Source of the DNA: Candidatus Bathyarchaeota archaeon | Lineage (GTDB): Archaea; Thermoproteota; Bathyarchaeia; Bathyarchaeales; DTEX01 | Length of the DNA: 39,069 bases | Assembly (NCBI GenBank): GCA_003601695.1 | Contig: PIYH01000001.1 | Coordinates: 1-39,069, forward strand | Direction of reading: 5' to 3' | Part shown: in pieces, positions 35,406 through 39,069 of the stretch | Layout of the letters: every line of letters begins with the position of its first letter | Position numbering within the stretch: the stretch's first letter is position 1 | The notes under the pieces: generated by a model | Database searches by the model: none | Told to the model about the DNA's origin: nothing | What the model saw: only the letters and a program-made list of their open reading frames with translations | Position numbers and translations under genes: made by a program

Positions 35406-35999
35406 ATGACATTGAATAATGAAGAAAAAAAGAAAAAGCTAATCCTATGTATTTGTGGAATGGCTGGTTCCGGGAAGAGTACGCTGGCTAAAAGAATAGC
35501 TCAGCATTACGGATTGAAATATTCTTCTGGTGGAGATGCATTAAAGGCAGTGGCATTGGAGATGGGATATTCTGTAAGTGGAAAAGGATGGTGGGAGACG
35601 AAGGAAGGGTTGCGGTTCTTAGAAGAAAGATCTAGAAATCTGGAAATAGATCGCAGAATGGATCAAAAGCAGCTGGAGTGGGCTGAGAAGGGGGGAATAG
35701 TCTTCGATAGCTGGGCTATTCCATGGCTTCTTAAAGGCGGATTTAAAGTGTGGCTTGAAGCCTCGGAGATTGTAAGAGCTAAACGCGTAGCGGAGAGAGA
35801 TAATTTAACCGTTAAAGAAGCTTTAAGGTTTCTGAGGGAGAAGGAGGCCATGACGAAAAGGATCTATAAAAGACTTTATGGATTCTCTTTGGGAAAAGAC
35901 TTCTCACCCTTTCACCTGATAATAGATGTAAATTTTCTTAGCAAAGATGAAGTTTTCGAAGCGCTACGCCTCGTAATAGATAGATTTGTTCTACGCTGA
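35406..35999 (+). CDS. cmk: archaeal-type cytidylate (CMP) kinase
   Basis: 197 aa. It has the P-loop GMAGSGKSTLAKRIA, then IDRRMDQKQ, VWLEASEIVRAKRVAERDN and LIIDVNFLSKDEV, collinear with archaeal Cmk as I recall it. It does not resemble archaeal AdkA. Confidence 0.7.
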   Translation: MTLNNEEKKKKLILCICGMAGSGKSTLAKRIAQHYGLKYSSGGDALKAVALEMGYSVSGKGWWETKEGLRFLEERSRNLEIDRRMDQKQLEWAEKGGIVFDSWAIPWLLKGGFKVWLEASEIVRAKRVAERDNLTVKEALRFLREKEAMTKRIYKRLYGFSLGKDFSPFHLIIDVNFLSKDEVFEALRLVIDRFVLR

Positions 36000-36104
36000 G
36001 AATTCTAACCTAATTTTTTATATTTAATGTCGAATGAGCATATAAGGAAAAGAGGTTTAAGCAGAGATCATTGAAAGGCAACATTCCCCGGGAAGGGATA
36101 AGGT

Positions 36105-36389
36105 TTGGGAAAAGCTGCATACAAGGTCAAGGATGGAAAAATGATTAAAATTCAGCTAGCATTAGAAAACAAGAAAATAAAGGATTTGAAGATAACTGGA
36201 GACTTCTTTTTGCATCCCGAAGAAACAATTGAAGAGATCGAGAAAAATTTAAGAGGACATTTCTTAAGTATGGAGGAGCTAGTCCACGTCATAAAGGAGA
36301 CTTTGACAAGTAAAAGAGCAGTTTTGCTTGGAGCAAGCTTCGAGGATCTTGCAAGATGCATCATAATGGCGGGTGAAAGAAATGATTGA
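36105..36389 (+). CDS. lplB: lipoate-protein ligase C-terminal (accessory) domain protein, LplB-like
   Basis: 94 aa with a TTG start. The pattern KVKDGKMIKIQLALENKKIKDLKITGDFFLHPEE...IEKNLRG is typical of the LplA C-terminal domain. It overlaps the following lplA gene by 17 nt. Confidence 0.7.
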   Translation: MGKAAYKVKDGKMIKIQLALENKKIKDLKITGDFFLHPEETIEEIEKNLRGHFLSMEELVHVIKETLTSKRAVLLGASFEDLARCIIMAGERND

Positions 36390-37152
36390 GGAATGGAGAC
36401 TTTTAGATACGGGCTTAAATGACGCTTTCTATAACATGGCTCTTGACGAAGCTATACTCATTGCTAGATCGAAAAACATCGTTCCAAACACTATAAGATT
36501 TTATAGGTGGAGACCGCCAGCTGTCTCAATCGGGTATTTTCAGAGCATGGAAGATGAAGTTGACATCAAAACATGCGATAAACTGGGTATAGACTATGTG
36601 AGAAGAAGAACGGGAGGAGGAGCCGTGTACCATGATACTGAGGGTGAGCTAACATACAGTATAATCGTTAATGAAAAACATAGACTGATTTCAAGGAATA
36701 TTCAAGAGACTTATCGAATCTTATGTTCAGGACTCGTTCTCGGGCTACGTCAACTTAATATACCAGCTGAATTTAAACCAATAAATGATATTGTGGTTTA
36801 TGGGAAAAAGATATCTGGTAACGCTCAGACGCGTAGAATAAATATAGTCTTACAACACGGTACAATTCTTAGAAAGGTTAATCCAAGATTGATGTTTAGA
36901 GTCTTGAAAGTGCCGAGTGAGAAGATAAGAGATAAGCTGATAAAGTCCATTGAAGAAAGAGTTACGTCAATCAGCGATATCCTAAAGAGAGATGTGAGCT
37001 TTGATGAGATTAAGAAGGCTCTCATAAAAGGATTCGAAAATTCTTTCGAAATAAAACTTACATCTGGAAGATTAACCGATTTTGAGGAGGAGATGACTTA
37101 TAAACTGAAACGCGAGAAATACGTCATGAAGGAATGGAATTTCAGAAGATAA
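36373..37152 (+). CDS. lplA: lipoate-protein ligase A, catalytic (BPL/LPL) domain only
   Basis: 259 aa with RFYRWRPPAVSIGYFQ, RRRTGGGAVYHD and KKISGNAQTR (catalytic Lys motif). It lacks the C-terminal domain, which the upstream gene supplies. Confidence 0.9.
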   Translation: MKEMIEEWRLLDTGLNDAFYNMALDEAILIARSKNIVPNTIRFYRWRPPAVSIGYFQSMEDEVDIKTCDKLGIDYVRRRTGGGAVYHDTEGELTYSIIVNEKHRLISRNIQETYRILCSGLVLGLRQLNIPAEFKPINDIVVYGKKISGNAQTRRINIVLQHGTILRKVNPRLMFRVLKVPSEKIRDKLIKSIEERVTSISDILKRDVSFDEIKKALIKGFENSFEIKLTSGRLTDFEEEMTYKLKREKYVMKEWNFRR

Positions 37153-37261
37153 ACGCTTGAGCAGAGAATATATTATTTTTAATCTTTGTCACCGATATCC
37201 ATTAGCAATCAGATACACAAGAGATAAAATTTGTCATATTTAATCATAAATATAGATCACT

Positions 37262-37534
37262 ATGACTAGAAAGAGAACAACCATAGAGATATACTTGGAT
37301 GTATTAAGAACCGTTAAAAATGGGGTGAATAAACCGACAAATATAATGTATAGATGCAATCTTGCATGGAGACCATTCAGACATGTCTTAGATTCTCTAG
37401 TTGAGAACGAACTTTTAGAGATAAGATGGAAGGGAAGGAGGAGAACATATCACCTAACCGAGAAGGGATACAAGGTTTTAAGACGCTTTGAAGATACACA
37501 GTCTCTCCTCTTAACATTGATGAAGCAGCGATAA
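37262..37534 (+). CDS. small winged-helix DNA-binding protein (archaeal wHTH, PF14947-like)
   Basis: 90 aa with IEIYLDVLRTVKNGVNKPTNIMYRCNLAWRPFRHVLDSLVENELLEI...YHLTEKGYKVL. This is the typical layout of the small archaeal wHTH family. Confidence 0.65.
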   Translation: MTRKRTTIEIYLDVLRTVKNGVNKPTNIMYRCNLAWRPFRHVLDSLVENELLEIRWKGRRRTYHLTEKGYKVLRRFEDTQSLLLTLMKQR

Positions 37535-37575
37535 AGAGTCGTAATGAACAGCTTATGCAATTATGTTCTCTCAGA

Positions 37576-38358
37576 TCAAAGGGAAAATAGAGATTCTAGC
37601 AACCAATCTGCAAAATCACCAAGGAATAATGCGGCAATGAAACCGGCGGTGATGAAGATTAGAAATGGGAGACCCGGCGTCGCCCAAACTTCACCAGAAC
37701 CCTCAATTATCCGAATATCCCCTTCGATCTTGGGAGAAACTTTTAAGTGCCGTGTGATACCGCCGCTTCTTTCAACATGATACTCTAATGGGAGATAATG
37801 AGCGTTCTTAATTTTTTCCGGTCTAACTTTAATTCCGGTCATAAAGACAATTATCTTTCTCCAGGAGGGCTCATGCTTGAACCCTCTGAACATATCTCCT
37901 CTATCATGAATATATCTTATTAAATTATAGCCAGTGATGAATAATACAAGCAATGAGGAGGAGAAGATCGCATTAACCAGAACAGCTAATGGAAAGATTA
38001 TGATCTTGGTGCTTAGGCATATGGGAGAGAAAGTGGGATGGTATGGAAGCGTTATTGATAGGCATATAAGAGCCTTTGCATCTGCCCCTCCAAAAAACCC
38101 CGCGTAGAAGAGAAGAAACGAGACCGCTGTTATGACCCCTACGGATAGAAGCCAATACGAGAACACATGAGTCTCTCCAAGTGTGTATTCGATATAATAC
38201 TGAGTAAATGTTAAGGCGAGACCTATAGGTGCAAACAGAATCCACACGCCGTTCGGAACCTCTCTAAACTTGTAGTCGTACCAGGAGGAGATCAGAAAAA
38301 AGAAGAGACTAACTAACACGCGGAGAACCTCGATAATATAAATAAGCTCATTCATCAA
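37576..38358 (-). CDS. A24-family prepilin/preflagellin aspartyl peptidase (PibD/FlaK/EppA-like)
   Basis: 260 aa and polytopic. The first catalytic Asp context is SSWYDYKFREVPN and the second is FFGGADAKALICLS (GxGD-type). The C-terminal extension ending in a TM resembles that of FlaK-type enzymes. Confidence 0.85.
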   Translation of the reverse strand: MMNELIYIIEVLRVLVSLFFFLISSWYDYKFREVPNGVWILFAPIGLALTFTQYYIEYTLGETHVFSYWLLSVGVITAVSFLLFYAGFFGGADAKALICLSITLPYHPTFSPICLSTKIIIFPLAVLVNAIFSSSLLVLFITGYNLIRYIHDRGDMFRGFKHEPSWRKIIVFMTGIKVRPEKIKNAHYLPLEYHVERSGGITRHLKVSPKIEGDIRIIEGSGEVWATPGLPFLIFITAGFIAALFLGDFADWLLESLFSL

Positions 38359-38532
38359 GGATTCAATCCTCAGAGATTTATTGATTCCTAATCATGACCT
38401 AAAAATAAAAAATATTTCTTGTTTATGAACGATCAGCACATTCCTCATCATTTGCAATCTAGCTATCCTTAACTGATTACTGATTTAGAAGAGACCTAAG
38501 GTTTTTCGCTACTGATGCGTGGAGAATACTTA

Positions 38533-38572
38533 TCCAGTATAGATCTGGAATATCTTAGTAACCTATACTGGA
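38533..38572. promoter_or_regulatory. inverted repeat (10-bp arms TCCAGTATAG/CTATACTGGA, 20-nt spacer) upstream of the pilin gene
   Basis: Read directly, with arms at 38533-38542 and 38563-38572. The flanking cttatcc/ggatagg extend it imperfectly. It lies 34-70 nt upstream of the candidate pilin starts. Confidence 0.3.
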
Positions 38573-38641
38573 AGGATAGGGTACGACTTCATAACTCATT
38601 TATCAATGGACATCTCTGAACTTCTTTCAAAGGTGAATAGA

Positions 38642-39069
38642 ATGAGCAGAAACATAGCAAGGGAGAAGAAGGGACTAAGCCCAGTAATCGCCACGGTCAT
38701 CCTAATATCAGTCACAATAGTCGTCGCAGTCTCAGTAGCATACTGGATGGGATCAATCGCAAGCGGATACACAACATTCGAACAGATAGAGCTACCAACC
38801 TCATATGCAAGATGGGATGGTAACAAGACATTCACTAACGGGGGATGGAACATAACTATTGAGCTTAAGAATACAGGATCAGCAGATGCTACGATAGATA
38901 ATATATTCCTTAATGGGATTCCGCTTAGCGGATATAGCTCGAGCAGTATCAGACTCTATGAAGACGGACGGCAAGTCCCTAATCTTTCGAGTATTAGCAT
39001 CTCAGTTACGAAAGGAGGCTCAAAGACACTGCTTATCCAAGTTGAGAAGTATAACGCGACAGATAATTC
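38642..39069 (+). CDS. archaeal type IV pilin-like protein with class III signal peptide (3' end beyond the window)
   Basis: It is not in the ORF track because it runs off the right edge. My translation is MSRNIAREKKGLSPVIATVILISVTIVVAVSVAYWMGSIASGYTTFEQIELPTSYARWDGNKTFTNGGWNITIELKNTGSADATIDNIFLNG... . KKG/LSPVIATVILI is the hallmark prepilin-peptidase cleavage site with hydrophobic stretch. In-frame alternative starts are at 38606 (ATG) and 38633 (GTG). The track's minus-strand ORF 38596..38853 is its shadow. Confidence 0.85.
   Translation, partial: MSRNIAREKKGLSPVIATVILISVTIVVAVSVAYWMGSIASGYTTFEQIELPTSYARWDGNKTFTNGGWNITIELKNTGSADATIDNIFLNGIPLSGYSSSSIRLYEDGRQVPNLSSISISVTKGGSKTLLIQVEKYNATDN

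Noticed and set aside
37544-37780. Plus-strand 78-aa ORF downstream of the wHTH gene
   Set aside because: It lies antisense to the C-terminal part of the prepilin peptidase, whose frame is supported by catalytic motifs.
38596-38853. Minus-strand 85-aa ORF listed in the track at the right end
   Set aside because: The plus strand here encodes a textbook class III signal peptide pilin (KKG/LSPVIATVILI). The minus-strand ORF is its antisense shadow, hydrophobic only because it mirrors the TM-coding segment.
1-39069. Search by eye for tRNA, rRNA, CRISPR arrays, C/D-box sRNAs, transposases or integrases and prophage or defence islands
   Set aside because: No intergenic region (277-425, 9408-9648, 12822-13037, 14601-14747, 23766-23987, 28214-28340, 29509-29755, 31695-31846, 36000-36104, 37153-37261, 38359-38641) shows cloverleaf-compatible segments, regularly spaced direct repeats or convincing C/D box pairs. 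No ORF has recombinase or nuclease motifs. A tRNAscan/Infernal run would be needed to exclude small ncRNAs rigorously.

Overview
This is an archaeal chromosomal segment. It has roughly 40-45% GC by eye, many GTG/TTG starts, GGAGG-type ribosome-binding sites and frequent 4-14 nt start/stop overlaps. The unsplit rpoA suggests a TACK-type uncultured lineage, but that placement rests on my memory of the literature. Layout, left to right:
(1) A truncated kdgK-like sugar kinase and one orphan ORF.
(2) The minus-strand transcription operon rpoB, rpoA (A' and A'' fused), rpl30e, nusA, rps12. No rpoH is recognisable upstream and no rps7/EF-2 lies downstream.
(3) A branched-chain amino-acid supercluster. 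ilvD, an ACT-domain gene and hom are on the minus strand, divergent from cimA-like, ilvB, ilvH, ilvC, leuC, leuD, leuB and leuA on the plus strand. ilvH is broken by a 1-nt frame change in a G5 run.
(4) A surface/glycan locus: wecB, a TIGR04076-like small protein, a Wzx-type flippase and a 916-aa repeat-rich, sequon-rich, C-terminally anchored surface protein that may be the S-layer protein.
(5) An uncharacterised module. It has two tandem paralogs with RHH-like N-termini, divergent from a short-armed SMC/Rad50-like ABC ATPase and a small coiled-coil protein. A perfect 42-bp palindrome flanks it.
(6) The tail of the spc ribosomal operon (rps5, rpl30, rpl15, secY), followed by a DUF106/EMC3-like insertase and cmk.
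(7) A split lipoate-protein ligase (lplB/lplA) and a winged-helix protein.
(8) A divergent prepilin-peptidase/pilin pair that runs off the right edge.
I found no rRNA, tRNA, CRISPR array, transposase or integrase. The best candidate for an undescribed system is the RHH x2 / SMC-like ATPase / coiled-coil module at about 28.3-31.7 kb.
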